This document shows, piece after piece, positions 19,513-29,432 of a stretch of 64,000 nt of DNA. The DNA is from Alphaproteobacteria bacterium (GTDB taxonomy: Bacteria > Pseudomonadota > Alphaproteobacteria > CAAHEQ01 > UBA3637): positions 76,066-140,065 of the forward strand of contig SUUT01000003.1 in the NCBI GenBank assembly GCA_015062385.1, written 5' to 3'. The notes under the pieces were generated by a model, which saw nothing but the letters and a program-made list of their open reading frames with translations, did not search any database and was not told the DNA's origin. The stretch's first letter is position 1. Every line of letters starts with the position of its first letter. The position numbers and the translations under genes are program-made.

Positions 19513-20079
19513 ATGGAGGACGTTATTAAACCGAATATTTCAGGTGCTTATGGCAACGACCATGCGACAGACAAGTCCGCTTTTCGTATGAATGAGCAAA
19601 TTACAAATCCGCAGGTGCGGTTAATTTTGGCAAATGGTGAAAATGTCGGAATTATTTCTACCCGTGAGGCTTTATTTAAAGCACAGGAAGAAGGATTGGA
19701 TTTAATTGAAATTGCCCCGAACGGGGAATTTCCGGTTTGTAAAATTTTAGATGCCGGAAAATATCGTTATGAAATGCAAAAACGCAAAGCCGAGGCAAAG
19801 AAAAAACAAAAAACGGTGGAAATTAAAGAAATTAAATTCACTCCGAATATCGGGGATAATGATTATGCTGTTAAAATGCGTGCAGCCCGTCGGTTTTTGG
19901 AAGACGGAAACAAAGTAAAGTTTACTTTGCGTTTTCGAGGGCGAGAAATGTCTTATATTGAATCCGGTTCAGAAGTTTTAAAAAGAGCGAAAGCCGATTT
20001 AGAAGGCATTGCCAAAGTGGAACAAGAAGCTAAATTGGAAGGTCGCCAAATGGGTATGTTGGTTGCTCCCGTTAAGTAA
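19513..20079 (+). CDS. infC: translation initiation factor IF-3
   Basis: 188 aa. RMNEQITNPQVRLI..., LDLIEIAPN and KFTLRFRGREM motifs. The true start codon is uncertain. Confidence 0.93.
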   Translation: MEDVIKPNISGAYGNDHATDKSAFRMNEQITNPQVRLILANGENVGIISTREALFKAQEEGLDLIEIAPNGEFPVCKILDAGKYRYEMQKRKAEAKKKQKTVEIKEIKFTPNIGDNDYAVKMRAARRFLEDGNKVKFTLRFRGREMSYIESGSEVLKRAKADLEGIAKVEQEAKLEGRQMGMLVAPVK

Positions 20080-20232
20080 TTAACCGTTATTAAATAAAAC
20101 CGTCTAAAATCAAACCATCTGTATTTTTAAAGATAGTTACGATTAAGACGGTTTTTTTATTGAAAATTTTGTTTGATAACGACTTATTAATAATTAAACA
20201 ATATACTCAATAAAAAAACAAAGGAGAATTTT

Positions 20233-20652
20233 ATGTCGGTTATTCTTATTTTGGATATTGTTCTCATCACATTGCTTGTAGTTGCAATTATTTATGCTGT
20301 TATTTTGGATAATCATTTATCGGCAACAAAAGAAAACCATCGAATGTTATCTCATTTAATCGAGCAATTTTATCAAGCTTCACAACGGATGCAGGAAGAG
20401 TTAACAACGGTTCAACAATCTGAAAATGAAATGAGACAAAATTTAATGACCCAAATTGATAAAGCCTCTTTATTAAAAGATGAATTAGCTAATCTGTTAA
20501 ATCAGATAGAACAAAAAACACATACAATGGAAAACTTAAAACTACGAAGACCGCTTATTTCTCGTGAGTCCGATTTGTCTCAAAATTTAAATGAGATGGA
20601 TTTATCCGATTCGGAAAAAGAACTTTTAACTGCATTAAATGAATTGAAATAA
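20233..20652 (+). CDS. hypothetical membrane-anchored coiled-coil protein
   Basis: 139 aa. N-terminal TM helix, remainder helical and charged. Confidence 0.5.
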   Translation: MSVILILDIVLITLLVVAIIYAVILDNHLSATKENHRMLSHLIEQFYQASQRMQEELTTVQQSENEMRQNLMTQIDKASLLKDELANLLNQIEQKTHTMENLKLRRPLISRESDLSQNLNEMDLSDSEKELLTALNELK

Positions 20653-20757
20653 TATGAAAATTTCAGTTAAAAAACTTTTTAGGTTTTCAACTTTATTTAT
20701 CATAGTCGCTTTAATTATGATAGGTTTTCGTTTAATTTCCGTATTCGGATAAAATTC

Positions 20758-21699
20758 TTATTCCGAGGGGAATGTTTTAAATTGAGCATGATCCAATTCT
20801 TTAATAAGCCCCTGTTGATAAACGTTTTGTATTTTTTCCGGATAGTTTTTATCCCAATCCATATACTCATGAATATAATAAACCAATTCCGGTCCGAGAT
20901 ATTTAACATTTGCGTAAGGGATAAGTTTATTGCGTAATTCCCGAAATTCCAACAATTGCGTACGGGAATTTAATTGTGCGGCAAAACTGTCAGTTGCAAC
21001 AACTAACGAATCAAACGGTAATGGTTCGTAATGTGTTTTATCAGTCCATCCGTATTCACCATATATTGATTTTTGATTTTTCCTTCCCCAATCGGTAAAC
21101 AATATAGCCTGTGCAACAGCAATAGATGGTGGAATAATATCCACTTTTTCAAACAAATCTTTGAGTTGATTATCTCTTTTTTTAGTTAGAAACACATCGT
21201 ATTTTTTCACAAGATGATTAAACAAATCTGTTTCTTCTTGTGTCCACTCAATTTGACGCAAATGTTTTTCCTGTAATTGTTGTAAGGCCAATTTTTCTGC
21301 TTGAATCTTTTCATTTGTGTGTAAAATCAAAGCCGTTATAATTTTCATAAATAAGGTTTTATCAGCCGTACTTCTGATTTGCCAATCCGGCGGAAGCGAA
21401 TCAATAAAGATATGCGGAATTTCAAGCATTGTAATATTTTTATAAATATGTTCTACCTCTGCTTGACTTTTCGGATGAATAATTTGTGGTTTTCCGGTAT
21501 CTGTTAATTGTTGAAACCCCTGAATGGATTTTTCCTGTTTTGTTAACTGTGTTTCAGGTTGATATTGTGGCACAAGTTCAACGATTGATTGCGATGGTTT
21601 CTTTTGGGGAACAATCTGTTTTCTGATAAAGTAGAAAGTTGTAGTGATTAAAGCTAATACCGATATGGTAATTAATCCCTTTTTAATTGATAATTTCAT
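20758..21699 (-). CDS. possible glucosaminidase-domain (Bax/FlgJ-like) protein
   Basis: 313 aa. N-terminal TM anchor. AVAQAILFTDWGRK resembles the AQAALESGWG motif. Overlaps the murJ stop by 4 nt. Confidence 0.4.
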   Translation of the reverse strand: MKLSIKKGLITISVLALITTTFYFIRKQIVPQKKPSQSIVELVPQYQPETQLTKQEKSIQGFQQLTDTGKPQIIHPKSQAEVEHIYKNITMLEIPHIFIDSLPPDWQIRSTADKTLFMKIITALILHTNEKIQAEKLALQQLQEKHLRQIEWTQEETDLFNHLVKKYDVFLTKKRDNQLKDLFEKVDIIPPSIAVAQAILFTDWGRKNQKSIYGEYGWTDKTHYEPLPFDSLVVATDSFAAQLNSRTQLLEFRELRNKLIPYANVKYLGPELVYYIHEYMDWDKNYPEKIQNVYQQGLIKELDHAQFKTFPSE

Positions 21700-23294
21700 T
21701 TGTTCTCCTTTAGATTTGATCGCTTGATAAGTGTTTTAATATCTTTAAGTAAAATGCTTTTTGTAAAAATAAGTGTAGTACAGAAAAAGGCCAAAGTTAA
21801 GCCGATTAATATAAATAACAATAAGGCTGATGTTAAATTGCTTTGATGCGTCCAATTCGGAAATAATCTATTTAACACATGTGTCGTTCCGATCAGAAAA
21901 ACACCCATTGAGATACATGATACTAAAATGCGTGGCAATCTGTATCGGCACAAAGAATCTAAATAAATATCTCCTCGTTTATATAAACGAACAACATATT
22001 GAATTGCGTTAATCCAAACAGTAATTCCGGTTGCCAATGCAATACCTAAATATCCCCAAAACTGCATAAAGGTCAATGCTAAAATTGCATTTAAAATAAC
22101 CCCCATAATTGCAATTTTAACCGGTGTTGACGTATCTCCTTTTGCATAAAAAAACGGTGAAACCGTTTTGGTAAGCATATAGGCAGGCAGTCCGATTGAA
22201 AAAACCATTAAAGCACGTGCCGTATGTAATGAATCGAGAGAAGTAAAAGCCCCCCGTTCAAACAAAATGCGGATAATCGGTTCTGCCAAACAAATAAGTC
22301 CGATAAAAGAAGCCAGTGACATAGTTAAAGAAATTTCCAATGCTCTGTTCATTTGTGCAACGGCTTCCTGCTGATTATTTAATTTGATATGTTTTGATAA
22401 AACCGGTAACAATGCTGTTCCGACTGCCGTTCCGATAATACCGATTGGTAATTGAAATAGATGATGTGCATAATTTAGCCAAGAAATAGCTCCGGCCCCG
22501 ACAAAGGAAACAAACAGCGTATCAAAAAACAAATTAATCTGATAAACACCTGAACCGAGAACCCCTGGAGCCATTTTACGTAAAAGTGTTTTAACTCCGT
22601 TTGACAAATGAAACAATGCTTTTATCGGATTAATCAACCCGATGGTTAAGCCAGCCTTCTTGATTTGTCGCCCCAAAAACACAAACTCAATAATGCCGGC
22701 AATTAATACACCCCAAGAAAGAGCATATGCCGGTGCATATGGATTCGTAATAAATGGCGTAATTACAAATAAAGATGTAATCATAACAATATTAAGAATT
22801 GTCGGTGTAAAGGCAGCGGCCCAAAATCGTCCGACAGCATTTAACATTCCGGAAAATAACGATACCAAAGAAACAAATAGCAGAAAAGGAAACGTAATGC
22901 GACTTAACTCAACGGTTAAGGTCATTTTACCGGCAATAGAATCAAAACCGGGAGCTAATATAAACATTAAGTTAGGCATTAATATTTCCATTAATATTGT
23001 GAAAATCAATAAGATATAGAATAAAAAACTAAATGCTGCCCGAGCAAAACAACGGGCATGTTTTATTCCTTTTGTATGAATTTCACCGGATAACAAGGGT
23101 ACAAAAGCCACATTTAATGTGCCTTCGGCAAACAGGCTTCTAAATAAATTTGGAAACCGTAAAGCTACAAAAAAAGCATCAGCCATCATACTGGCCCCTA
23201 AAAATTTCGCGATTAAAATATCCCGAACAAAACCAATAATTCGACTTACGGCGGTTCCTCCGCCAATGGTGATAACAGACTTTATTAATGACAT
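21696..23294 (-). CDS. murJ: lipid II flippase MurJ
   Basis: 532 aa. SRIIGFVRDILIAKFLGAS..ADAFFVALRFPNLFRSLFAEG N-terminus and ~14 TM segments. Confidence 0.93.
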   Translation of the reverse strand: MSLIKSVITIGGGTAVSRIIGFVRDILIAKFLGASMMADAFFVALRFPNLFRSLFAEGTLNVAFVPLLSGEIHTKGIKHARCFARAAFSFLFYILLIFTILMEILMPNLMFILAPGFDSIAGKMTLTVELSRITFPFLLFVSLVSLFSGMLNAVGRFWAAAFTPTILNIVMITSLFVITPFITNPYAPAYALSWGVLIAGIIEFVFLGRQIKKAGLTIGLINPIKALFHLSNGVKTLLRKMAPGVLGSGVYQINLFFDTLFVSFVGAGAISWLNYAHHLFQLPIGIIGTAVGTALLPVLSKHIKLNNQQEAVAQMNRALEISLTMSLASFIGLICLAEPIIRILFERGAFTSLDSLHTARALMVFSIGLPAYMLTKTVSPFFYAKGDTSTPVKIAIMGVILNAILALTFMQFWGYLGIALATGITVWINAIQYVVRLYKRGDIYLDSLCRYRLPRILVSCISMGVFLIGTTHVLNRLFPNWTHQSNLTSALLLFILIGLTLAFFCTTLIFTKSILLKDIKTLIKRSNLKENK

Positions 23295-23407
23295 GCCAAT
23301 AGTATAAGTTAATTACATTTTATTTACAAGATAAAAAATGGCTTTATTTTTTTTTAATAATATGTATAATGACCGCATTGTTACATTTATTATTGAAAGG
23401 ATATATT

Positions 23408-24355
23408 ATGAATACAGCATTTGTTTTTCCCGGACAAGGTTCTCAAACGGTTGGTATGGGACAAGAATTATATCAACAATTTAGCATAGCAAAACAGGTC
23501 TTTGAGGAAGTAGATGATGCATTGAATCTTAAATTATCTGATTTAATGTTTTCCGGAGACATAGCTGAATTAACACAAACAGAAAATGCTCAACCGGCAA
23601 TTATGGCTGTTAGCATGGCCGTTGTTCGGGTTTTGGAACAGGAAACAGGACGAAAAATAAATGAATTGGCAACCTGTGTTGCCGGACATTCTCTGGGAGA
23701 ATATAGTGCATTATGTGCATCCGGAGCATTAAGTGTTGCTGATACCGCTCAGCTATTAAGAACACGTGGATTGGCTATGAAAGAAGCCTCCGTGGATGCT
23801 CCTGGGGCAATGGCTGCCATTTTGGGGTTAGATATGAAACAGGTATCTAAAATTGTCAATGAAGCTTCTCAAAATAGAGAAATTTGTGTTATTGCAAATG
23901 ATAATTGTCCGGGTCAGGTTGTTATCAGTGGCTATTTAAATGCAATTGACAGAGCAATTGACATTGCATTACAGTCTGGTGCCAAAAAGGCTCTTAAATT
24001 ACCGGTATCCGGAGGGTTCCATTCTCCGTTAATGGGACGTGCTGCCGATAAAATGAAATCTGTCTTAGAGGAATTAACAATTCAAAAACCGCAAGTCCCC
24101 ATTGTTGCTAATATAACAGCAGAATTTGAACAAAACCCACAACGCATTAAAGAATTATTGGTTGCACAAGTGACAGGCTCTGTTCGTTGGACGGAATCTG
24201 TTCAATATATGACATCACAAGGCATTACGGATTTTGTGGAATGCGGAAACGGTAAAGTATTATGTGGACTAATTAAACGTATTAACGGAGAAGCTCGTTC
24301 TATTGCCGTTGGCAACAAAGATGGCATTACACAAGGCCTTGCCTTTTTATCTTAA
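23408..24355 (+). CDS. fabD: malonyl CoA-ACP transacylase
   Basis: AFVFPGQGSQ, GHSLGEYSAL and GGFHSPLM motifs. Start moved to the internal ATG (MNTAFVF) of ORF 23369-24355. Confidence 0.93.
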   Translation: MNTAFVFPGQGSQTVGMGQELYQQFSIAKQVFEEVDDALNLKLSDLMFSGDIAELTQTENAQPAIMAVSMAVVRVLEQETGRKINELATCVAGHSLGEYSALCASGALSVADTAQLLRTRGLAMKEASVDAPGAMAAILGLDMKQVSKIVNEASQNREICVIANDNCPGQVVISGYLNAIDRAIDIALQSGAKKALKLPVSGGFHSPLMGRAADKMKSVLEELTIQKPQVPIVANITAEFEQNPQRIKELLVAQVTGSVRWTESVQYMTSQGITDFVECGNGKVLCGLIKRINGEARSIAVGNKDGITQGLAFLS

Positions 24356-24374
24356 TCAATCTATATGAAAATTA

Positions 24375-25043
24375 TTGACGGGAAGAAAACAGATGTTTCG
24401 TTTAAAAAAATGGATACTTATTGTGAGTGGTATCAGCAGTCTTTTTTTGCTGATTTCATGGGGTATTCATTCTTTTATCGGCTCGATTGTTGTAGAACAA
24501 GTTCCTCGACAAATACAAAGGTTTTCTTCTCGCTATGCACAAATTAATTATACTGATTTAAACACAGAAAATTGTTTTTTTTCAACCTGTCTAAGTGCCG
24601 ATAATGTTTCGATTCGACTTAAAACAATGCCTCCTGTTTCTTTATACTTGGGGCGGGTTCAGATTGAAAAGGGTCTTGGTGGAAATTATAAAATCCAAAC
24701 ACAAACAGATGCATCAAAACATCCTGAAAACATTCATCTGAATTTACAAATTGATACAGATTTGAATAATTGGACTGTTCAACAAGCAAATTTTAACCAA
24801 ATCAATTCGTCTTTTAAAGGGCAATTAACAGGGTATATTAACATTCAAGACAAACGGATAGAGTTAACCGGGCAAGGTGCAGGATTATCTGATTTTTTCA
24901 AGCAATTTATTCCACCGGATTTTCATTTTATCAGCAAAATGTTTCTAAAAAATCAATTACAGGATATTTCTGTTAAAACAGATGATGATTGGATAAAAAT
25001 TTTAAATATTCCCGTTATTTCTAAAAAGATAATTTTTAAATAA
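24375..25043 (+). CDS. hypothetical membrane-anchored protein
   Basis: 222 aa. One N-terminal TM helix. No recognisable family. Confidence 0.5.
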   Translation: MTGRKQMFRLKKWILIVSGISSLFLLISWGIHSFIGSIVVEQVPRQIQRFSSRYAQINYTDLNTENCFFSTCLSADNVSIRLKTMPPVSLYLGRVQIEKGLGGNYKIQTQTDASKHPENIHLNLQIDTDLNNWTVQQANFNQINSSFKGQLTGYINIQDKRIELTGQGAGLSDFFKQFIPPDFHFISKMFLKNQLQDISVKTDDDWIKILNIPVISKKIIFK

Positions 25044-25091
25044 TATGCAAGTACCAAAAGTCTTTTTTATCTGCTTAAATTTTCTATCTGC

Positions 25092-25260
25092 AAAAAAAGG
25101 GACGTATAAATGCAACACTTTTTTTCACATTTTGGGATTTTTTTTAATTTTAGATAAATTATTCAATTAAAACAACAATCTTTTATTTTTTAAAAAATTT
25201 GATTTTTCCGATTCGAATAGGGAAAAAAAGGTCCCTTTTATTACACTCACTTTATAAATG
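25092..25260 (+). promoter_or_regulatory. conserved 5' cassette of the pilin-like gene family (copy 3)
   Basis: Aligns with 4947-5120. Confidence 0.8.
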
Positions 25261-25282
25261 AAGTTTATAAAAGGAGAAAAAT

Positions 25283-27199
25283 ATGCAATCTAAAATCAAT
25301 GAAATCGGTCGGAGTATGGTGGAAATGCTGGGAGTACTTGCTGTTATCGGTATTTTAAGTGTTGGGGGCATAATGGGTTATAAATTTGCCATGCTTAAAT
25401 ATCGTGTCAATGAAACCGTCAATGAACTCAATATACGGACAAATGAAATTTATCAATATTTTTCCGTTCAGGAAAATGAAAATTTACCGACACAAACGGT
25501 CGGAGCAGAAATTAAAATGTCACTTGGAGAAACAATGCGAACCGGTTATCCGATAAGTGCATTTGTTTCAGCCAATAACGAATCGTTTTTTGAGTTGGAA
25601 CTTCAACAAGTTGAAACAGAAATGTGTCAACAGTTGATGCAAATTTATAAGGTGCCGGATGTTATATTCGTTAACGAACAACAATATTTAAATGATTTAT
25701 CATTATGTGGCAACAAAGATTTTGTTAAATTAAATTTTATTTATAATAAGACATTCAACAAAAAAACGGCATGTGATAATCGCAGTGAATTTGATTCGAT
25801 ATCTTTAAAATGTCGATGTAAAGGGGATTCCTATTTGGATATTGTGAGTAATACATGTAAATGTGCCGGTGGAGAAATATGGAGTTCAAGTGAGCAAAAG
25901 TGCATTGTTTCTGTCTGTGAAGAAGGATATTTTGAAACACAACAAGACGGATGCCAACCGTGCAACGGTTCGGAAACTTATCTGATATCCAAAAATCAAG
26001 AGCAATATTGTAATGCATGTTCGCCAGAAACAAAGAGAGTTGTTTATAAATATGCAAGTGGTTTGTTATATTGTGCAGTTAAGTGTCCACAAGATATGTT
26101 TTGGGACGGGAATCGCAGAAAGTGTCAATTATGTACATTTTCCGATTTTGGTGGCAGTTATGATGAGATATCAAAAGCCGAATGTTTAGCTTGTTCAAGT
26201 ACTTCACGAGAATTATTTCGAAAAACTGAATGTCGTTTATCCGATTGGTGCCCATCATCTGAGCGAAAATTCTTTGGTGTAGATGAACAATCTACAAACA
26301 TGCGGTCTTATTTTAAATGTATGTCTTGTGATACAATAAAACAACTGTTATTACAAGGAGATTCCAAGGCAATAGCAGCGTGTAATGCTTGTGTAGATGA
26401 AAATAACCAATCAAACAGACAAGTTATTAATGATTATTGTGTTAAAAAAACGTGTTCCGATGGAGAATTTATGGGAGCTGATGGTATTTGTTATTCTTGT
26501 TCAGATGAACGGTCTGTTGCTGTTTTGCCTCAACAGGAAGAAGCGTGTACATCATCTGCTTGTCAACGCAGGGTTGTAAACGGATATTGTCAAATACAAG
26601 ATTGTCCATCGGAAACACATATACGATTATCAAATGGTGATTGTTATTCTTGTTCGGAAGAGAGAGGATTCATCAGTACCGAAGAAGAGTGTGATAAGTG
26701 TGGCAATAAACGGGGATATGTTATTGCTCACAATGGTCAGATTGGATATTGTCGGATTAATAATTGTGCTAAAGGAAGTAGTTATCCTTATAATCTTCCA
26801 GATAATTTGAATTCCTGCATTAGTTGTCAAAAGCCTTGGTATACCGGGGAAACGGCATATAGTATGGAATATTGTGAAGCCTGTGGAGATGGATATTATG
26901 TTTCCGGTAATGTTTGTTATGGACCTGATTTTTGTCAGACGGGTTCGCAACTGATATCAAACAGTGGTACAGAATGTATTGATTGTACTGTTGTTGAAAA
27001 AATTTATGTTGGTATGCATGAAAAACATCGTACATATAGTGACAATTGTGTAACTGTCAATCGTTTTATTGTTGAAGATTATTCTTATCGGTGTGATACG
27101 AGAGAAAATATACCGGTCTTTTTAGAGGCTGATAAAAAATCCTGTATCAATTGTCGCATACGTTCCGTTGTAGATGATGTTTGTGTGTTGACACAATAA
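25283..27199 (+). CDS. giant cysteine-rich protein with type IV prepilin-type leader (paralogue 3)
   Basis: 638 aa. MQSKINEIG/RSMVEMLGVLAVIGILSVGG leader. At least 13 CxxC pairs (CQPC, CNAC, CQLC, CLAC, CMSC, CYSC...). Confidence 0.85.
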   Translation: MQSKINEIGRSMVEMLGVLAVIGILSVGGIMGYKFAMLKYRVNETVNELNIRTNEIYQYFSVQENENLPTQTVGAEIKMSLGETMRTGYPISAFVSANNESFFELELQQVETEMCQQLMQIYKVPDVIFVNEQQYLNDLSLCGNKDFVKLNFIYNKTFNKKTACDNRSEFDSISLKCRCKGDSYLDIVSNTCKCAGGEIWSSSEQKCIVSVCEEGYFETQQDGCQPCNGSETYLISKNQEQYCNACSPETKRVVYKYASGLLYCAVKCPQDMFWDGNRRKCQLCTFSDFGGSYDEISKAECLACSSTSRELFRKTECRLSDWCPSSERKFFGVDEQSTNMRSYFKCMSCDTIKQLLLQGDSKAIAACNACVDENNQSNRQVINDYCVKKTCSDGEFMGADGICYSCSDERSVAVLPQQEEACTSSACQRRVVNGYCQIQDCPSETHIRLSNGDCYSCSEERGFISTEEECDKCGNKRGYVIAHNGQIGYCRINNCAKGSSYPYNLPDNLNSCISCQKPWYTGETAYSMEYCEACGDGYYVSGNVCYGPDFCQTGSQLISNSGTECIDCTVVEKIYVGMHEKHRTYSDNCVTVNRFIVEDYSYRCDTRENIPVFLEADKKSCINCRIRSVVDDVCVLTQ

Positions 27200-27240
27200 C
27201 GACAAATGGTAAAAAATAATAGAAGATATTGACGTCATAC

Positions 27241-27326
27241 TTATTAGATAACGAAGCAAATCCGCATTAACGGTATTTGATTATGCTGTTTTAAATTCCA
27301 ATAAAGGAGCAAGCGTTTTGAATTGA
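27241..27326 (+). pseudogene. 3' remnant of an ankyrin-repeat gene (copy 1 of 3)
   Basis: Translates LLDNEANPH / VFDYAVLNSNKGASVLN*, which is homologous to the C-terminus of ORF 37699-37974 (LLEKGANPH...TAFDYAIRNPNQWARILNY) with an internal deletion. A hairpin at ~27340-27366 follows. Confidence 0.6.
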
Positions 27327-27385
27327 GTTAAAAACATTAAAAACGGTTACAACATGTAACCGTTTTTATATGGTTAATTGTTTAA

Positions 27386-27598
27386 TTAACTGCAATATTT
27401 TTGCCGACATACGTCTTGTGAATAATGCCATTCATTCATACATGTATTCATACAATTATCATCTAAATTTTTAAAATATAATCCAATTGCAAAAGTGATT
27501 GTTCCAATGAGTGCAAAAAACATAAGAACAAAACTAAATAAAATAGTAAAAAACAATGGAATATTCTTATGGATTGTACTTTTGACTGATGAGGTCAT
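27386..27598 (-). CDS. small single-TM protein with C-terminal Cys motif (putative partner/immunity of the SAA-like protein)
   Basis: 70 aa from the internal ATG (MTSSVKS...) with RBS aaggaaa. TM helix, then CMNTCMNEWHYSQDVCRQKYCS. Overlaps the 3' end of the upstream gene by 32 nt. Confidence 0.6.
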   Translation of the reverse strand: MTSSVKSTIHKNIPLFFTILFSFVLMFFALIGTITFAIGLYFKNLDDNCMNTCMNEWHYSQDVCRQKYCS

Positions 27599-28278
27599 GA
27601 CAATTTCCTTGTGGATATGTTCGTCCGATGTTTCTTCCATAAATATTAGCCTCCATATCAGCATCACTTGCTTGTGATGTGTTTTCATTAAATAATACAT
27701 CATAACTTTCTTTAAGTCCAGATAATATTTGCGAAACTTTTTCTGATTTACTACCATGTTGTGCCATCAAACAATTTATCATAGCATGTTTGTATTTGTC
27801 ATTTACATTCATTGGTTCATATTGGTTGTTATAATTAATAATATTTTTAAAACTGTTAATATATCCATTTGGGTTTTGGATGTCTGAATTAATATATCCT
27901 AATCCATAACCTAAATAATATCCCGGATTAATAGATAAATCATTTGTTTTTAAGTTTCTATTATTTGGCAATATTGTAGAATTAAATTTTTCTGTATTTA
28001 GATTTTTTGTTTTATATTCGCTTCCACTGAATCCATAATTATTTTTCAGGTGAAACACTCCAAAAGTCAGAGCCATATTGTTTATAATTACCTGTTATAC
28101 CCATATTGCGTTGTTGTTGCATGAGTTCTTCTTCCCGTTTAACTCGTTTGTCTTGAGATTCTACTTCTTCTCTTGTTGTAAATTGAGAATGATCTACACC
28201 ATAAGTATCATATCCGTTCTCTAAAGTTCTGTATCCCAAGGGGGATTGGTAGTCGTTATAAAATTGATTCTCTGTCAT
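27567..28278 (-). pseudogene. SAA-like domain protein, frameshifted paralogue
   Basis: ORFs 28039-28278 and 27567-28076 are two frames of one gene. The first 75 aa match 29433-30113 with two substitutions. A 1-nt longer A-run (T5 on + at 28042-28046) breaks the frame. The C-terminus has DKYKHAMINCLMAQHG...SDADMEANIYGRNIG. Confidence 0.75.
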
Positions 28279-28650
28279 ATTTTTCTCCTTTTGTTTAATA
28301 TATAGTCCAATTTTAAAACATATCTTTCATATGCACTAAAACCATTGAAAAATAAAGATATCTTACCAAATATTACCCATAAATCCCGATTGCTTCCGTA
28401 GAATGCAGTTTTTGTTTCGTATGCAAATCTTCCTTTGTATTTTTATAATTATTCTGTTTAATTATTTCTCTGAAACCCCGTATTTTGTAAAATATAGAAT
28501 GCGAACTCATTTGACAATGGATCAAATCCGCATTAACGGTATTTGATTATGCTGTTTTAAATTCCAACAAATAAGCAAACGTTTTGAAGTGGATTGTGTT
28601 AAAAATATTAAAAAAGGGCTACATGTTGTAACCGTTTAGTATAAATTTAA
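28020..28650 (-). repeat. duplicated block: 5' end of SAA-like gene, its upstream region and an ankyrin remnant (copy A)
   Basis: Near-identical to 29865-30482 by eye. Confidence 0.85.
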
Positions 28651-28704
28651 TATATTATCATATGAATTAAAATCGTTTCTTTGGGATTTCTTGAGTTTTT
28701 CTTT

Positions 28705-28911
28705 CTATTTTGGATAAAAATCAGTTTTTATAATACAAATCTGAGATGTTAAGCCGTTTAAACACCATTCATTTGATTGTTTTTGTGGATTGGGATTATC
28801 AAGCACAATAGCTCCAACAATACCAACCAAAATACCCGCACAAAATAATCCATATAAATACAAAAGAATATATAGTGAATATTTAAACGTTTTTTTTAAT
28901 ATGTTTTTCAT
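28705..28911 (-). CDS. small single-TM two-Cys protein
   Basis: 68 aa. TM helix, then NEWCLNGLTSQIC. Confidence 0.55.
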   Translation of the reverse strand: MKNILKKTFKYSLYILLYLYGLFCAGILVGIVGAIVLDNPNPQKQSNEWCLNGLTSQICIIKTDFYPK

Positions 28912-28929
28912 GTATGTTTCCTTTATATT

Positions 28930-29124
28930 TTATGCCCACCGATTTAAACAGGTATGATAATCATTTCCGTCATTAACACATTCTTCCATAAATTGATGAA
29001 AATCATCTCTTGTTAAAAACTCATCTGTCATAAGAAAAGCCAAAAATGAAATAATAAAAATAACACCTAATGAAACAAATAAAAGAATGGAATGTAATAT
29101 GATCTTAAAAACCTTTTTTAACAT
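28930..29124 (-). CDS. small single-TM two-Cys protein
   Basis: 64 aa. TM helix, then FHQFMEECVNDGNDYHTCLNRW. Confidence 0.6.
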   Translation of the reverse strand: MLKKVFKIILHSILLFVSLGVIFIISFLAFLMTDEFLTRDDFHQFMEECVNDGNDYHTCLNRWA

Positions 29125-29126
29125 AT

Positions 29127-29345
29127 TTACTCCATTTGTGTATCCTTAAAATGACAATTTTGATATGTACGACCTGAGTCTATACATTGTTTCATAAATT
29201 GATAATAATCTTCTTGATAAAGAAAATCACGGGTTTCCAAATAACTGAATGAAGCAACAATCACAATGATACAAATCGAAAAAATACCAATAAGTCCGTA
29301 ACAAGTGTATTTTAATATTTTTTGAATTGTCTGGAATCCAGTCAT
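29127..29345 (-). CDS. small single-TM two-Cys protein
   Basis: 72 aa. TM helix, then YYQFMKQCIDSGRTYQNCHF. Paralogue of 28930-29124. Confidence 0.6.
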   Translation of the reverse strand: MTGFQTIQKILKYTCYGLIGIFSICIIVIVASFSYLETRDFLYQEDYYQFMKQCIDSGRTYQNCHFKDTQME

Positions 29346-29432
29346 TTGAAAACCTTTTATAAAATTAAACTTATGTTAGTATATAAGAGTTTTGTATATT
29401 TGTCTAGATAATTTTAAAAATATAAGATAATT

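Noticed and set aside
27386-27757. 123-aa ORF as given in the track.
   Set aside because: Its first 53 codons overlap the 3' part of the SAA-like gene in another frame. An internal ATG with a good RBS yields a 70-aa protein that matches the small TM/two-Cys family, so the shorter model was adopted.
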